Assembly (NCBI GenBank): GCA_964509075.1
Contig: CAZDWC010000002.1
Coordinates: 320,638-384,637 of the forward strand
From: an uncultured Pseudomonadales bacterium
GTDB taxonomy: Bacteria > Pseudomonadota > Gammaproteobacteria > Pseudomonadales > UBA7239
Direction of reading: 5' to 3'
DNA: 64,000 nt
Shown here: piece by piece, positions 49,024 through 60,740 of the stretch
How the letters are laid out: every line of letters begins with the position of its first letter
Numbering within the stretch: the first letter of the stretch is position 1
The notes under the pieces: generated by a model
What the model saw: only the letters and a program-made list of their open reading frames with translations
Told to the model about the DNA's origin: nothing
Databases searched by the model: none
Made by a program: the position numbers and the translations under genes

Positions 49024-50358
49024 TCAGCGCTTGGGAGACAAGCTGCTGCCACCGTAATTCTTCAGGTTGGCCTTTTTCAAAAGCGTGTCGTACTGGGCTG
49101 ACATAAGGTGTGATTGCACCTGAGCCATAAAATCCATTACCACTACCACAACAATCAGCAGTGAAGTTCCACCAAGATAGAAAGGCACATTGAAGGCCAT
49201 CACCAAGCCCTGGGGAATCAGACAAACAACAGCAATATAGACTGCACCAACGATGGTCAGGCGCGTCAGAATGTTGTCTATGTAGCGGGCAGTATGTTCC
49301 CCAGGACGAATACCTGGAACATATGCGCCGCCCTTCTTCAGGTTATCTGCCACTTCCTTCGGGTTGAACATGATCGCCGTATAGAAAAAGCAGAAAAACA
49401 CGATCAACACGGTAAACAACAAAATATTCAATGGCTGACCGGGGCCAATCCACAACGCCACATCCTGCAACCACTCCATACCTTCATGCTGCCCGAACAT
49501 CTGAGCAATCGTGGCAGGAAAGAGCAGCAAGCTGCTGGCAAAAATTGCGGGGATAACACCTGACACATTCACTTTCAAAGGCAAATGCGTGCTCTGCCCC
49601 TGATAAACCTTGCGGCCAACCTGGCGGCGTGCGTAATTCACAGTGATACGACGCTGACCGCGTTCGATATACACAATTGCATAGATTAATGCGGGCACGC
49701 CAACTGCAATCGCCACCAACAGCAATATATTCAAATCACCTTGACGCGCTTGCTCCAGAGCCTGCCCGATAGCCGCCGGCAAACCTGCAACAATACCCGC
49801 AAAGATAAGCATGGATACGCCGTTACCAATACCGCGTTCGGTAATCTGCTCACCGAGCCACATCATGAACATCGAGCCGGCCACCAACGACACAGCAGCC
49901 AACACATAAACACTGATGCCCGTTGCATAAAGCGCGTTGCTTCCAGCAAGGCTGCTCACCATGCCGGCAGCCTGTACAGTTGCCAATACCACAGTCGCAT
50001 AACGTGTGTATTGACTGATCTTGCGACGTCCCTGCTCACCCTCTTTCTTCAACTGTTCGAGCTGCGGAACCACAGCAGTCAACAGCTGAAGAATAATCGA
50101 GGCTGAAATATAGGGCATTACACCCAGCGCCAACACACTCATACGTTCAAGTGCACCGCCCGAGAACATGTTGGCCATGCCGAAAATAGTATTCTGGGTC
50201 TGATTGAACAGTTGTTTCAGCTGCTCAGGATCAACACCAGGCACCGGGATATGGCTGCCAATACGGTAAACGATGATCGCCAGACACAGGAACTTGAGAC
50301 GAGCCCAAAGCTCGCCCAGCCCTTTCTGGTTGCCCATCATTGCCGCTGGAGTTGCCAC
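49024..50358 (-). CDS. secY: Preprotein translocase subunit SecY
   Basis: 444 aa, 10 TM, in the canonical spc operon position. Confidence 0.98.
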   Translation of the reverse strand: MATPAAMMGNQKGLGELWARLKFLCLAIIVYRIGSHIPVPGVDPEQLKQLFNQTQNTIFGMANMFSGGALERMSVLALGVMPYISASIILQLLTAVVPQLEQLKKEGEQGRRKISQYTRYATVVLATVQAAGMVSSLAGSNALYATGISVYVLAAVSLVAGSMFMMWLGEQITERGIGNGVSMLIFAGIVAGLPAAIGQALEQARQGDLNILLLVAIAVGVPALIYAIVYIERGQRRITVNYARRQVGRKVYQGQSTHLPLKVNVSGVIPAIFASSLLLFPATIAQMFGQHEGMEWLQDVALWIGPGQPLNILLFTVLIVFFCFFYTAIMFNPKEVADNLKKGGAYVPGIRPGEHTARYIDNILTRLTIVGAVYIAVVCLIPQGLVMAFNVPFYLGGTSLLIVVVVVMDFMAQVQSHLMSAQYDTLLKKANLKNYGGSSLSPKR

Positions 50359-50361
50359 CGA

Positions 50362-50796
50362 TTATTCCTCTACCTTGCCGCCAGCTGCTTCAATTGCCTT
50401 GCGGGCACCTTCAGTCACGCGCAAGCCTTTGACGGTTACAGCCTTTTTCAACTCGCCAGACAGGAAAATCTTGGCGCGCTTGATGTTTTCATTCAGCACA
50501 TCTGCAGCCTTCAGCGTTTCAAGTGACACGACATCACCCTCGACCTGATTCAGTTCAGCCAGACGTACTTGCGCAGTAGTCAAACTTATGCGGGAAACAA
50601 AGCCATACTTCGGCAGACGTTTCTGCAAAGGCATTTGACCACCTTCAAAACCCGGGCGAACGTTGCCGCTCTTGCGAGCTTTCTGACCCTTGTGGCCGCG
50701 ACCACAGGTCTTGCCCAGACCGGAGCCGATACCACGACCAACGCGCAGTTTTGGCGTTTTGTGCCCTGGAGCAGGACTCAGACTATTAAGATGCAT
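50362..50796 (-). CDS. rplO: 50S ribosomal protein L15
   Basis: [20 protein letters not shown] motif. Confidence 0.98.
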   Translation of the reverse strand: MHLNSLSPAPGHKTPKLRVGRGIGSGLGKTCGRGHKGQKARKSGNVRPGFEGGQMPLQKRLPKYGFVSRISLTTAQVRLAELNQVEGDVVSLETLKAADVLNENIKRAKIFLSGELKKAVTVKGLRVTEGARKAIEAAGGKVEE

Positions 50797-50797
50797 C

Positions 50798-50977
50798 TCA
50801 GCTCTCCACTTTAACCAGGTAGTTAACCTTGTTGATCATGCCGCGATTGGACGGCGTATCCTGCACTTCAACGGTATGACCGATGCGGCGCAAGCCCAGG
50901 CCACGTACACAGGCCTGATGCACCTTGAGGCGACCGGCCGTGCTGCGAATTTGTGTCACTTTGATCATATTTGCCAT
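50798..50977 (-). CDS. rpmD: 50S ribosomal protein L30
   Basis: Not in the ORF track (59 aa). Translated by hand: [59 protein letters not shown]. Canonical L30, located between rpsE and rplO. Confidence 0.93.
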   Translation of the reverse strand: MANMIKVTQIRSTAGRLKVHQACVRGLGLRRIGHTVEVQDTPSNRGMINKVNYLVKVES

Positions 50978-51013
50978 GACTGCACCCTAATTACTTGCTG
51001 ATCCGCACTGCTA

Positions 51014-51529
51014 TCAGTTGCGGATCTCGTCAACTGTCTTGCCACGCTTGGCTGCGATCTCATCAGGAGAGCGCATTTGTTTCAGGCCGCTGATGGTGGC
51101 GCGCACCACGTTGACCGGGTTGGTAGAGCCGTAGCACTTGGCCAGTACGTTATGCACACCAGCCAGTTCGAGTACTGCACGCATGGCGCCGCCGGCAATT
51201 ACACCTGTACCTTCAGAGGCTGGCTGCATGTAAACATTGGCTGCACCGTGACGCGCTTTCACCGGGTAGAAAATGGTGTTGCCGTTCAGATCGACAGTGA
51301 TCATGTTACGGCGAGCGGACTCCATGGCCTTCTGGATGGCAGTCGGCACCTCACGCGCCTTGCCGCGACCAAAACCCACCTTGCCATTGCCATCACCAAC
51401 CACAGTCAGTGCCGTGAATGAAAAGGTACGACCACCTTTCACAACTTTGGCAACACGGTTGACCTGAACCAGTTTTTCCATCAGGCCATCGGTGTTCTTG
51501 TCTTTGTCTTTCTGCTCTTGAAGCGCCAT
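51014..51529 (-). CDS. rpsE: 30S ribosomal protein S5
   Basis: [16 protein letters not shown] motif. Confidence 0.98.
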   Translation of the reverse strand: MALQEQKDKDKNTDGLMEKLVQVNRVAKVVKGGRTFSFTALTVVGDGNGKVGFGRGKAREVPTAIQKAMESARRNMITVDLNGNTIFYPVKARHGAANVYMQPASEGTGVIAGGAMRAVLELAGVHNVLAKCYGSTNPVNVVRATISGLKQMRSPDEIAAKRGKTVDEIRN

Positions 51530-51541
51530 GTCTGTTACCTA

Positions 51542-51892
51542 TTAGAACTCGAGACCCGCCGCACGAGCGGCATCCGCCAACGCTTTCACGCGGCCGTGAT
51601 ATTTGAAACCGCTGCGATCAAAGGCGACCTTGGTGACACCGGCCGCTTTCGCTCGCTCGGCAACCAGAGCACCGACACTACTGGCTGCAGCGGCATTGCC
51701 AGTTGCACCACTGCGCAAGCTGGCGTCCAGCGTGGAAGCCTGAGCAACAACACGGTTATCTTCCGGTGCGATTACCTGCGCATAAATATGGCGCGGCGTG
51801 CGATGCACACTGAGACGAAAAGCACCCTGCTCACGAATTTTCATTCGTGTGGACTTGGCGCGGCGTATACGGCCTGATTTCTTTGCGTTCAT
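51542..51892 (-). CDS. rplR: 50S ribosomal protein L18
   Basis: 116 aa, canonical position and sequence ([20 protein letters not shown]). Confidence 0.98.
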   Translation of the reverse strand: MNAKKSGRIRRAKSTRMKIREQGAFRLSVHRTPRHIYAQVIAPEDNRVVAQASTLDASLRSGATGNAAAASSVGALVAERAKAAGVTKVAFDRSGFKYHGRVKALADAARAAGLEF

Positions 51893-51903
51893 CTGTCTAC
51901 ACC

Positions 51904-52437
51904 TTATTTCTTCTTGGCTTCTTTGCGATGCACTACTTCATCGGAGTAGCGCACGCCCTTGCCTTTGTAAGGCTCGGGGGCACGATAAGCACGGATTTCA
52001 GCGGCAACCTGACCCAACAACTGCTTGTCTGCGCTTTTCAGCACAATCTCTGTCTGGGTGGGTGTTTCAACTGTAACGCCTTGCGGCAATTCGTAGTCGA
52101 TCGGGTGCGAATACCCCAGTGTCAAGTTCAGGCTGCTACCAGCTGCTTTGGCACGATAACCAACGCCAACCAGTTCCAACTTGCGCTCAAAACCAGCGCT
52201 GACGCCTTTCACCATATTGGCAACCAGTGCACGAGTGGTACCTGCCATCATGCGGGCAGCTTTTGCACCTTCGCGCGCCTTGAAACTCAACTGCTTTTCT
52301 TCCTGTACGATTTCCACGGAAGGATGCACAGGCATGGACAACTCACCCTTGCCGCCTTTGACCGTAATGCGATCAGAAGCCAGTGTGATATTGACACCGC
52401 TGGGCAGTTCGACCGGATATTTTGCAACTCTGGACAT
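51904..52437 (-). CDS. rplF: 50S ribosomal protein L6
   Basis: Start at Met-15 ([15 protein letters not shown]). Confidence 0.97.
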   Translation of the reverse strand: MSRVAKYPVELPSGVNITLASDRITVKGGKGELSMPVHPSVEIVQEEKQLSFKAREGAKAARMMAGTTRALVANMVKGVSAGFERKLELVGVGYRAKAAGSSLNLTLGYSHPIDYELPQGVTVETPTQTEIVLKSADKQLLGQVAAEIRAYRAPEPYKGKGVRYSDEVVHRKEAKKK

Positions 52438-52447
52438 GACTGTACCC

Positions 52448-52840
52448 TTAGAACACTGTGCAAATAATTTCGCCGCCAATATTGGCCTTGCGCGCAGCGC
52501 GGTCAGTCATCACACCTTTACTGGTGGAGACGATCGCAACGCCCAGGCTGTTGGCAACGTTTGGCAACTCATCCTTGCCGCGGTAATTGCGCAGACCGGG
52601 ACGGCTGATACGTTTGATGGTGTCGATAACCGGCTGACCCTGATGGTATTTCAACTCAATGTTCAGCTGCGGCTTGGCACCTTCACTGACGCTGTAGTTG
52701 GCAATATACCCTTCAGATTTCAGCACTTCGGCTACGGAAACCTTGATTTTCGACGACGGCATGGACGTCGAAGCCATGTGGGCCATTTGCGCGTTACGAA
52801 TGCGCGCAATCATGTCGGCCAACGGATCTTGCATACTCAT
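52448..52840 (-). CDS. rpsH: 30S ribosomal protein S8
   Basis: [18 protein letters not shown] canonical S8. Confidence 0.98.
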   Translation of the reverse strand: MSMQDPLADMIARIRNAQMAHMASTSMPSSKIKVSVAEVLKSEGYIANYSVSEGAKPQLNIELKYHQGQPVIDTIKRISRPGLRNYRGKDELPNVANSLGVAIVSTSKGVMTDRAARKANIGGEIICTVF

Positions 52841-52859
52841 GGTATCGCTCCTGTTCGTC

Positions 52860-53165
52860 TTACCAGCTGGCCTTCACCAAGCCCGGAACATCACCTTTCA
52901 TGGCGTGCTCACGAAGCTTGATACGGGACAGACCAAATTTGCGGTATACAGCATGCGGACGACCGGTCAAACGGCAACGTGTCTGCTTGCGAACCGGGCT
53001 GGCGTCGCGCGGCAATTTCTGCAATTGCACCTGTGCATCCCAACGCTCTTCATCAGACGTTTTGGGATTGGCGATCAACGCCTTCAGGCGCGCGCGTTTT
53101 TCAGCGTATTTGGCCACGGTTTTGGCGCGTTTCTTTTCGCGCTCAATCATCGAAAGCTTTGCCAT
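52860..53165 (-). CDS. rpsN: 30S ribosomal protein S14 (long form)
   Basis: 101 aa, ends KASW. Confidence 0.98.
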   Translation of the reverse strand: MAKLSMIEREKKRAKTVAKYAEKRARLKALIANPKTSDEERWDAQVQLQKLPRDASPVRKQTRCRLTGRPHAVYRKFGLSRIKLREHAMKGDVPGLVKASW

Positions 53166-53195
53166 TGTCTCAGCTATCCTCTGTGTAAACCTGAA

Positions 53196-53735
53196 TCAAC
53201 CTTTGAAGGGGAAGTTGAACGCTTTCAGCAGCGCACGACCTTCCTCATCCGTTTTGGCTGTAGTAGTAATTGCGATGTCGAGACCGCGCAGTGCGTCGAT
53301 CTTGTCATAGTCAATTTCCGGGAAAATAATCTGCTCGCCTACGCCCATGGAAAAATTGCCACGGCCGTCGAACTGCTTCGGGCTGATACCACGGAAGTCA
53401 CGAATACGTGGAATCGCAACCGTGATGAGGCGATCCAGGAATTCATACATGCGCTCACGGCGCAGTGTCACTTTGCAACCGATAGGCCAGCCTTCGCGCA
53501 CCTTGAACGCAGCAATGGACTTGCGCGCCTTGGTGATGATGGCTTTCTGGCCAGTGATCTGCTCAAGATCACGCACCGCATTTTCCAGCACTTTCTTGTC
53601 AGCCAGAGCTTCACCAACACCCATGTTGATAGTGATCTTGGTGATTTTCGGCACTTCCATCACGCTTTTCTTGCCCAGCTCTTCTTTCAGCTTTGGCAGA
53701 ATCTCGCTTTTATAAACTTCTTGCAGCCTGGCCAT
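53196..53735 (-). CDS. rplE: 50S ribosomal protein L5
   Basis: 179 aa, canonical L5. Confidence 0.98.
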   Translation of the reverse strand: MARLQEVYKSEILPKLKEELGKKSVMEVPKITKITINMGVGEALADKKVLENAVRDLEQITGQKAIITKARKSIAAFKVREGWPIGCKVTLRRERMYEFLDRLITVAIPRIRDFRGISPKQFDGRGNFSMGVGEQIIFPEIDYDKIDALRGLDIAITTTAKTDEEGRALLKAFNFPFKG

Positions 53736-53755
53736 TACAGTTTCACCTTTTCAGC

Positions 53756-54070
53756 TTACGCGCCAATCACATCGCCGTTAGACTTGTAGACACGCACTTT
53801 TTTGCCGTCTTGTTCTTTGAAGCCAACGCGATCTGCCTTGCTGGTCTTCGGGTTGTAGATTGCAACATTGGATGCATCAATCGGCGCCTCGCGCTCAATG
53901 ATGCCACCCTGGATGCCGGCTTGCGGGTTTGCCTTGGTGTGCTTCTTGATTACATTCACACCGGCAACCACTACACGGTTGTCATCCAGCACCTGCTGAA
54001 TGGAACCACGCTTGCCCTTGTCTTTACCGGTGATAACGATCACCTGGTCATCTTTCTTCAGCTTGCGCAT
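53756..54070 (-). CDS. rplX: 50S ribosomal protein L24
   Basis: [21 protein letters not shown] motif. Confidence 0.98.
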   Translation of the reverse strand: MRKLKKDDQVIVITGKDKGKRGSIQQVLDDNRVVVAGVNVIKKHTKANPQAGIQGGIIEREAPIDASNVAIYNPKTSKADRVGFKEQDGKKVRVYKSNGDVIGA

Positions 54071-54089
54071 AACCTCTACCTCCTCCGGC

Positions 54090-54458
54090 TCAAAGCACTT
54101 CAGGTGCCAGAGAGATGATTTTCATGAATTTGTCACCACGCAGTTCACGCGTAACCGGCCCGAAAATACGTGTACCGATAGGCGCCTGCTGGTTGTTCAA
54201 CAACACTGCAGCGTTGTCGTCAAACTTGATCAGCGAACCATCAGGGCGACGCACGCCTTTCTTGGTGCGGACCACAACAGCCGTCATGACCTGGCCTTTC
54301 TTGACCTTGCCACGCGGGATGGCGTCTTTAACGCTCACCTTGATGATGTCACCGACACCGGCATAGCGGCGATGGGAACCACCCAGCACCTTGATACACA
54401 TGACGCGGCGAGCACCACTGTTGTCTGCCACGTCCAAATAGGTCTGCGTCTGTATCAT
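54090..54458 (-). CDS. rplN: 50S ribosomal protein L14
   Basis: [17 protein letters not shown] canonical L14. Confidence 0.98.
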   Translation of the reverse strand: MIQTQTYLDVADNSGARRVMCIKVLGGSHRRYAGVGDIIKVSVKDAIPRGKVKKGQVMTAVVVRTKKGVRRPDGSLIKFDDNAAVLLNNQQAPIGTRIFGPVTRELRGDKFMKIISLAPEVL

Positions 54459-54514
54459 CGTCGCGCTCCGAAGCTTGTCGCTACTTTTTCAACTGTGTTA
54501 AAGCGGTCAACCGC

Positions 54515-54781
54515 TTATACAGCAGCTGCACGTTCTTCAATTTTTACCAGAGCCCAAGTCTTGGACTTGGACATAGGGCGTGTTTCCTTGACTGTTACCA
54601 AGTCGCCGATTTTGCACTCGTTGTTCTCGTCGTGCGCTTTCAGCTTTGATGACTTGGTGTAGTACTTGCCATAGAGCTCGTGCTTGACACGTCGCTCGAT
54701 CAGCACAGTGATGGTTTTATCCATCTTGTCACTGACAACGCGGCCAGTCTTGGTACGTGCAATGTTCTGCTGTTCAGTCAT
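54515..54781 (-). CDS. rpsQ: 30S ribosomal protein S17
   Basis: [14 protein letters not shown] motif. Confidence 0.98.
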   Translation of the reverse strand: MTEQQNIARTKTGRVVSDKMDKTITVLIERRVKHELYGKYYTKSSKLKAHDENNECKIGDLVTVKETRPMSKSKTWALVKIEERAAAV

Positions 54782-54783
54782 GA

Positions 54784-54975
54784 TTATTTACCTGCCTTTT
54801 CTTTCAGCACGGTCTTGATGCGGGCGATTTCACGCTTGCCCTGCTTCAGCAGATGCGTCTGGGCCAGTTGGCCTGTCGCTTTCTGCATGTTGTGCTTGAA
54901 CTGTTCTTCCAGCTGCTTGAGCAACTCTTTTTCCAGTTCCTGTGCTGACTTGTTGCGAAGATCTGCTGCTTTCAT
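54784..54975 (-). CDS. rpmC: 50S ribosomal protein L29
   Basis: 63 aa, canonical L29. Confidence 0.97.
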   Translation of the reverse strand: MKAADLRNKSAQELEKELLKQLEEQFKHNMQKATGQLAQTHLLKQGKREIARIKTVLKEKAGK

Positions 54976-55388
54976 TACATGATCTGCCGTTTTACAAATG
55001 TGGTTGTCAGTGGCAACTTTGCTGCCGCAAGCGTCAACGCTTCACGCGCCAGCTCTTCCGTCACGCCTTCTACTTCATAGAGCACGCGACCCGGCTGGAT
55101 CTGCGCTACCCAGTATTCAACGCTACCCTTACCCTTACCTTGACGCACTTCGAGAGGCTTCTGGGTAATTGGTTTGTCCGGGAAAATCCGGATAAAGACA
55201 CGACCACCACGCTTCAGTTTACGTGTCAGCGCACGACGCGCTGCCTCGATCTGACGAGCAGTGATACGGCCGCGCATGGTAGCTTTCAGACCGAACTCAC
55301 CGAAGCTGACCTTGCTGCCACGCTGGGCCAGACCGCGGTTGCGACCTTTGAATTGCTTGCGAAATTTTGTGCGCTTTGGCTGCAACAT
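54975..55388 (-). CDS. rplP: 50S ribosomal protein L16
   Basis: [16 protein letters not shown] canonical L16. Confidence 0.98.
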   Translation of the reverse strand: MLQPKRTKFRKQFKGRNRGLAQRGSKVSFGEFGLKATMRGRITARQIEAARRALTRKLKRGGRVFIRIFPDKPITQKPLEVRQGKGKGSVEYWVAQIQPGRVLYEVEGVTEELAREALTLAAAKLPLTTTFVKRQIM

Positions 55389-55396
55389 GGCGCAAC

Positions 55397-56080
55397 TTAC
55401 CCCTGATTAGATGTCTTCTTTCTGCCAGTAGCAGCTTCAGCCTGCTCGGCAGCATCGAGGATCTCACCTTTGAAGATCCACACTTTCACACCGATGATGC
55501 CGTAAGTGGTCAAGGCTTCAGCAGTGGCGTAATCAATATCGGCACGCAAGGTATGCAAAGGCACACGACCTTCACGGTACCACTCGGTACGTGCGATCTC
55601 GGCGCCGCCCAAACGACCGGCAACCATGATCTTGATACCCAGTGCGCCCTGGCGCATGGCGTTCTGTACGGCGCGCTTCATCGCGCGACGGAACATGACG
55701 CGACGCTCGAGCTGCTGGGCAACACCCTGCGCTACCAGCGCAGCATCGATATCCGGCTTGCGGATTTCTTCGATGTTGATATGAACCGGCACACCAAGAA
55801 TCTGCGCAACTTCGTTGCGGAGTTTCTCGACATCTTCACCTTTCTTGCCGATCACAACACCTGGACGCGCCGAATGTATGGTGATACGCGCAGTTTGCGA
55901 CGGACGCTCGATATCCACACGGCTAACCGATGCGCTGGCGAGTTTTTTCTGGATGTACTCGCGCGCCTTGATATCGGCCAACAGTTTGTCGGCGTAGGTA
56001 TCGCTGTCGGCATACCATACAGAGGTATGCTTCTTGATAATACCAAGACGAATACCTGTTGGATGTACTTTCTGACCCAT
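55397..56080 (-). CDS. rpsC: 30S ribosomal protein S3
   Basis: [13 protein letters not shown] canonical S3. Confidence 0.98.
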   Translation of the reverse strand: MGQKVHPTGIRLGIIKKHTSVWYADSDTYADKLLADIKAREYIQKKLASASVSRVDIERPSQTARITIHSARPGVVIGKKGEDVEKLRNEVAQILGVPVHINIEEIRKPDIDAALVAQGVAQQLERRVMFRRAMKRAVQNAMRQGALGIKIMVAGRLGGAEIARTEWYREGRVPLHTLRADIDYATAEALTTYGIIGVKVWIFKGEILDAAEQAEAATGRKKTSNQG

Positions 56081-56114
56081 TCGCGGTCTCCTGCTCGTTT
56101 TCGTCGCTGCGTTG

Positions 56115-56447
56115 TTATTTCGCAGCCACTTTCACAGTAATGTGACAAGTGCGTTTAAGGATGCGATCAGCACGGCCTTTGGCGCGCGGCTTGATGCGTT
56201 TCATTGCCATACCTTCGTCGACAAAAGCAGCAGAGACATGCAGCTCGTCAACATCGGCACCTTCATTGTGTTCCGCGTTGGCAATTGCAGACTCCAGCAC
56301 TTTCTTGACCAGAGCAGCAGCTTTCTTGTCGCTGAACGCCAGAATGTCGAGCGCCTTTTCAACGTGCTTGCCGCGAATCTGGTCGACAACCAGACGCACT
56401 TTCTGGGCTGAGCTGCGAGCACCGCGCAATGTTGCTGAAACTTCCAT
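56115..56447 (-). CDS. rplV: 50S ribosomal protein L22
   Basis: Start at Met-4 ([20 protein letters not shown]). Confidence 0.97.
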   Translation of the reverse strand: MEVSATLRGARSSAQKVRLVVDQIRGKHVEKALDILAFSDKKAAALVKKVLESAIANAEHNEGADVDELHVSAAFVDEGMAMKRIKPRAKGRADRILKRTCHITVKVAAK

Positions 56448-56459
56448 CACTCTCACCTC

Positions 56460-56735
56460 TTAGCGCTTGGCTTTCTTGTCAGCCGCGTGACCTTTATAGG
56501 TACGGGTGACAGCGAATTCGCCGAGCTTGTGACCAACCATTTCTTCTGTCACATACACCGGCACATGTGCGCGACCGTTGTGAACAGCGATAGTCAGACC
56601 AACCATTTCCGGCATGATCATGGAGCGACGCGACCAGGTCTTGATCGGACGCTTGTCATTCTTTTCCAGAGCCGTTTCCACCTTCTTGATAAGGTGAAGA
56701 TCAATAAACGGGCCTTTCTTCAATGAACGTGGCAC
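56460..56735 (-). CDS. rpsS: 30S ribosomal protein S19
   Basis: [12 protein letters not shown] canonical S19. Confidence 0.98.
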   Translation of the reverse strand: MPRSLKKGPFIDLHLIKKVETALEKNDKRPIKTWSRRSMIMPEMVGLTIAVHNGRAHVPVYVTEEMVGHKLGEFAVTRTYKGHAADKKAKR

Positions 56736-56754
56736 AAGCCTACCCTCTCAAAAC

Positions 56755-57582
56755 TTATTTCTTGTTGCGACGACGAACAATAAGATCGTCCGTACGTTTG
56801 TTTTTGCGCGTCTTGTAACCTTTGGTCGGCGTGCCCCACGGTGAAACCGGGTGACGGCCACCAGAGGTACGACCTTCACCACCGCCATGCGGGTGATCAA
56901 CCGGGTTCATGACCACACCGCGAACTGTCGGACGGATACCGCGCCAGCGCTTCGCACCAGCCTTACCGAGAGAACGCAGATTGTGTTCGCCGTTGGAAAC
57001 TTCACCGAGCGTAGCGCGGCAATCCGACAGGATCTTGCGCATTTCGCCACTGCGCAAGCGCAGCGTAGCGTAAGCACCTTCGCGAGCAACCAACTGTGCA
57101 GAAGCACCAGCTGAACGCGCCATTTGCGCGCCTTTGCCCGGCTTCATTTCGATGCAGTGCACTGTTGCACCAATCGGAATATTGCGCAGCGGCAGCGTGT
57201 TGCCGACAACGATGGGCGACGCAGAGCCTGACTGAACCTTATCACCAGCCTTCAGGCCTTTCGGCGCGATAATGTAGCGGCGCTCACCATCGGCATAGCA
57301 AACCAGCGCGATGTTGGCACTGCGGTTAGGATCGTATTCCAGACGCTCAACGCGGCCGACAATACCATCCTTGTTGCGCTTGAAATCGATAACGCGGTAG
57401 TGCTGCTTGTGGCCGCCACCCTGATGACGCACAGTAATGCGACCCAGGTTATTACGGCCACCATTGCTGGACTTCTTCTCGACCAGCGCAGCGTGCGGAG
57501 CACCTTTGTGCAGATCCGGATTGACGACGCTGACAACGAAGCGGCGACCGGGCGAGGTAGGCTTTCTTTTAACGATTGGCAT
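56755..57582 (-). CDS. rplB: 50S ribosomal protein L2
   Basis: 275 aa, canonical L2. Confidence 0.98.
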   Translation of the reverse strand: MPIVKRKPTSPGRRFVVSVVNPDLHKGAPHAALVEKKSSNGGRNNLGRITVRHQGGGHKQHYRVIDFKRNKDGIVGRVERLEYDPNRSANIALVCYADGERRYIIAPKGLKAGDKVQSGSASPIVVGNTLPLRNIPIGATVHCIEMKPGKGAQMARSAGASAQLVAREGAYATLRLRSGEMRKILSDCRATLGEVSNGEHNLRSLGKAGAKRWRGIRPTVRGVVMNPVDHPHGGGEGRTSGGRHPVSPWGTPTKGYKTRKNKRTDDLIVRRRNKK

Positions 57583-57599
57583 ACAGACTCACCCCCTGA

Positions 57600-57893
57600 T
57601 TACATGCTGGCAAAGTCGATGTCATGACCTTGCTCCAGACGAACATAGGCCTTCTTCCAATCGCTGCGGCGAACATCACCAAAGCGATTGCGCTTTACCT
57701 TGCCTTTCATGCGCAACACACGCACCTGGGCAACTTTCACATTAAACAATTTCTCAATGGCTCGCTTGATTTCCAACTTGTTGGCATCAAGCGCCACCTT
57801 GAAAACAACCTGGTTGCTGCTTTCAGCTGCCATGGTTGCTTTCTCAGAGATTTGCGGACCTACGAGAACCTTGTAAATACGTTCCTGGTTCAT
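57600..57893 (-). CDS. rplW: 50S ribosomal protein L23
   Basis: 97 aa, canonical position. Start overlaps the rplD stop by 4 nt. Confidence 0.97.
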   Translation of the reverse strand: MNQERIYKVLVGPQISEKATMAAESSNQVVFKVALDANKLEIKRAIEKLFNVKVAQVRVLRMKGKVKRNRFGDVRRSDWKKAYVRLEQGHDIDFASM

Positions 57894-58507
57894 GCGAGCA
57901 CCTCTTCAAACTTCTTGACTGCTGGCAAGGTGATCAGCACTTTCTCGAAACGCACCAGACTGACCGGGTCAGCACCGTTTACATCGCGAACCTCAACGTA
58001 AGGCAGGTTGCGTGAAGAGAGGTACAAGTTTTCGCTGATTTCATCAGACACAATCAGAACATTGTCCAGATTGAGCGCACTGAGTTTCTGTTGCAGCAAT
58101 TTGGTTTTTGGCTGAGCCAGCTCAATCGCATCAACAATCACCAGACGATCCTGACGCGCCAGTTCGGACAGTATGCTTTGCAGCGCTGCACGATACATTT
58201 TGCGGTTCAGCTTCTGGCTGTGATCCTGCGGACGAGCAGCGAAAGTTACGCCACCCGTACGCCAGATCGGGCTGCGCGTGCTACCGGCACGTGCGCGACC
58301 AGAACCCTTCTGTTTCCACGGCTTCTTGCCACCACCGCTCACTTCCGAGCGATTTTTCTGGGCACGAGAACCCTGACGACCACCAGACAGGTAAGCAGTT
58401 ACCGCCTGATGCACTAGATCTTCATTGAAAGCACGGCCAAATGTCGCTTCAGACAGTTGAACTTTTCCTGCGCTTCCGCCTTCGAGTGTTGCTACATTAA
58501 ATTCCAC
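57890..58507 (-). CDS. rplD: 50S ribosomal protein L4
   Basis: 205 aa, canonical L4. Confidence 0.98.
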   Translation of the reverse strand: MEFNVATLEGGSAGKVQLSEATFGRAFNEDLVHQAVTAYLSGGRQGSRAQKNRSEVSGGGKKPWKQKGSGRARAGSTRSPIWRTGGVTFAARPQDHSQKLNRKMYRAALQSILSELARQDRLVIVDAIELAQPKTKLLQQKLSALNLDNVLIVSDEISENLYLSSRNLPYVEVRDVNGADPVSLVRFEKVLITLPAVKKFEEVLA

Positions 58508-58519
58508 AACCCACCCCTC

Positions 58520-59155
58520 TTAGGAAGCCTTGACGGCAGGGCGAACAATCACATCGCCACCCGGAGCGCCAGGAACGGCACCACGAATCAGCAGCAGATT
58601 GCGTTCCGCGTCGACACGAACCACTTGCAGGTTCTGCACGGTGACTTGCTCATCACCCATGTGGCCCGCCATTTTCTTGCCCTTGAATACACGACCGGGC
58701 GACTGGTTCTGACCGATTGAACCCGGCGCGCGGTGAGACAGGGAGTTACCGTGAGTAGCATCCTGCATGCTGAAGTTCCAGCGCTTGATGACACCCTGGA
58801 AGCCCTTACCGCGCGACTGGCCGGTCACATCGACCATCTGACCATCAGAGAAACCGGAAACCGTGAGTTCGGAGCCCACTGCCGGCACATCAGCACCATC
58901 AACAGCCAGCTCCCACAAGCCACGACCTGCACCGACATTCGCCTTGGCGAAGTGACCGGCAGCAGCCTTGTTTACACGCGACGGACGACGAGTACCCACC
59001 GTGACCTGAACAGCAGCGTATCCATCTGTCTCAATAGATTTAACCTGAGTGACACGGTTCGGCTCCACCTCGATGACGGTAACCGGTACGGAGACGCCGT
59101 CTTCCGTAAAAATACGTGTCATGCCGCACTTGCGGCCGACTATGCCTTTGACCAT
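58520..59155 (-). CDS. rplC: 50S ribosomal protein L3
   Basis: [17 protein letters not shown] canonical L3. Confidence 0.98.
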   Translation of the reverse strand: MVKGIVGRKCGMTRIFTEDGVSVPVTVIEVEPNRVTQVKSIETDGYAAVQVTVGTRRPSRVNKAAAGHFAKANVGAGRGLWELAVDGADVPAVGSELTVSGFSDGQMVDVTGQSRGKGFQGVIKRWNFSMQDATHGNSLSHRAPGSIGQNQSPGRVFKGKKMAGHMGDEQVTVQNLQVVRVDAERNLLLIRGAVPGAPGGDVIVRPAVKAS

Positions 59156-59306
59156 TTTGTACCTCTCGTGTACGGGGCTGTTTACCCGCTATGGCCGCCT
59201 ACCCTTGCAGGCGTTACACCAGGGAGCACGCGAACGTGCAGTTTTACTTCATCGGGCCTTTCGGCCCACCGCCACACTCCGAAGAGCAAAGCGGCGCGCG
59301 GCGCGC
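59156..59306 (-). other. Structured 151-nt intercistronic spacer between rpsJ and rplC (five hairpins, three capped by UUCG or GAAA tetraloops)
   Basis: On the transcript: CUC-UUCG-GAG (plus 59277..59286), GGGCC-GAAA-GGCCC (59254..59267), GCACG-UUCG-CGUGC (59226..59239), CGCCU-N8-AGGCG (59196..59213), CGGG-N8-CCCG (59173..59188), plus a GCGCGCC GCGCGCC direct repeat at the 5' end. No ORF. Function unknown. Confidence 0.6.
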
Positions 59307-59645
<339 letters not shown>

Positions 59646-59708
59646 TTATTGCCGTTCTTCTGCTCACCATCTCAACGCATTTCGGAGAGCGGGCAAAAAG
59701 GAGGCGCA

Positions 59709-59737
59709 ATTCTATGTGCGGAAGACATTACTGTCAA
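59709..59737 (-). promoter_or_regulatory. Sigma-70 promoter of the S10 operon (TTGACA-17 bp-TAGAAT) with A-rich upstream element
   Basis: Minus-strand TTGACA = plus 59732..59737. TAGAAT = plus 59709..59714. Exact 17-nt spacer. GGGAAAAAAGTG upstream. About 85-nt leader to the rpsJ ATG. Confidence 0.7.
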
Positions 59738-59855
59738 CAACGATTAACACTTTTTTCCCAAAGTGCCCTTTGCAGCAGGCACAAACCACCAATCTGGTCT
59801 ATGTTTATAAGAAGGGCGCTTGTAAAAACGGAACGCCCTGAATGAGGAGTAGATC

Positions 59856-60083
59856 ATGATTTTAAAGGATATTAAGAGACAATCCCGACTGCTCAATACA
59901 CTTGCAGAGCAAACCACATCGACCGAAAAGACGCCTAGCACCCCTGTACAACCCGGTTTGCTGTTCTGGGCAGTTCTGGCCGCCCTTGTCTACATTATCG
60001 CCTCACTCTGGATTCCGGACAGCTCGGCTCCACACTCGTCGGCTCTGCCGGTCAAGGTCGCCACGCCGCCCGGCTCCTCCTGA
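59856..60083 (+). CDS. Possible small single-TM protein (75 aa)
   Basis: GAGGAG 7 nt upstream of the ATG. One hydrophobic helix (LLFWAVLAALVYIIASLWI). The 5' part is AT-rich and atypical in codon use. No recognisable family. Confidence 0.3.
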   Translation: MILKDIKRQSRLLNTLAEQTTSTEKTPSTPVQPGLLFWAVLAALVYIIASLWIPDSSAPHSSALPVKVATPPGSS

Positions 60084-60091
60084 GCGCCCAA

Positions 60092-60607
60092 TCAGCCAGC
60101 CGCTTTTTTCACCGCCGCCATTACCACCTGCAGCAGCTCCAACACCTGGTCATCGCGCTTCTTGTTGTGGAAGCTCTCACGGCGCAGGCGCTCCGCCTTG
60201 CTGATGTTGCCGGTGCCGGCGTGCGGATTGGTCAATTCCGCTTTCTTGTTGTCCTTGAGCGCCCCCTGCAGTTGGCGATTCAGCTCGCGCTCCATTTCGT
60301 TGAGCAGCTCCACGCGTTCGCGACCCTTGTCATCATCTTTCCAGTTGTCGTACACCGAGTAAAAAAACTCGTAGTCGTACTGGTCCGGTGCTGTATTGAT
60401 CTTGATGGTCTTGTGGTTGTGGATCACGTTGTACGAAAAGTGATTGCCCGCCCAGCAGATCATGGGATTGCAGTTGCGCTTGAAATCGCCGGTATTGCCG
60501 GCATGCACCAGCACTTTGCCTTTCTTGCGCGGCGTCGCCACAACCGCATAGATCGCATACTCGCGACGCGTGGATTCTCCCGGCAGGGTAAAGGATTGAA
60601 CAGCCAT
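60092..60607 (-). CDS. Hypothetical protein (171 aa), family not recognised; weak GIY-YIG-like pattern at the N-terminus
   Basis: Native-looking GC3-rich codon usage. YAIYAVV...KVLVHAGNTGDFKRN...EFFYSVY...LLNEMERELN resembles the GIY/YIG/R/E layout only loosely. Basic helical C-terminus. Confidence 0.65.
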   Translation of the reverse strand: MAVQSFTLPGESTRREYAIYAVVATPRKKGKVLVHAGNTGDFKRNCNPMICWAGNHFSYNVIHNHKTIKINTAPDQYDYEFFYSVYDNWKDDDKGRERVELLNEMERELNRQLQGALKDNKKAELTNPHAGTGNISKAERLRRESFHNKKRDDQVLELLQVVMAAVKKAAG

Positions 60608-60740
60608 GGCAGTACCTCGTGATCAGTGCTCTGTGACAACTCTTCTGAGTGTAGACACTGTTCCCGGTTTTGCCGTCAGCTGCGCGGAACGCCGCCCGTC
60701 CGTCTTATTGCAGATTGTTGCTGGTCAATAACCGCAGCAA

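Noticed and set aside
52698-53789. 363-aa plus-strand ORF across rpsH-rpsN-rplE (similar ones at 45677..46450, 46540..47334, 55367..56140)
   Set aside because: It spans several minus-strand ribosomal protein genes and their intergenic gaps, and has no recognisable family. Artefact.
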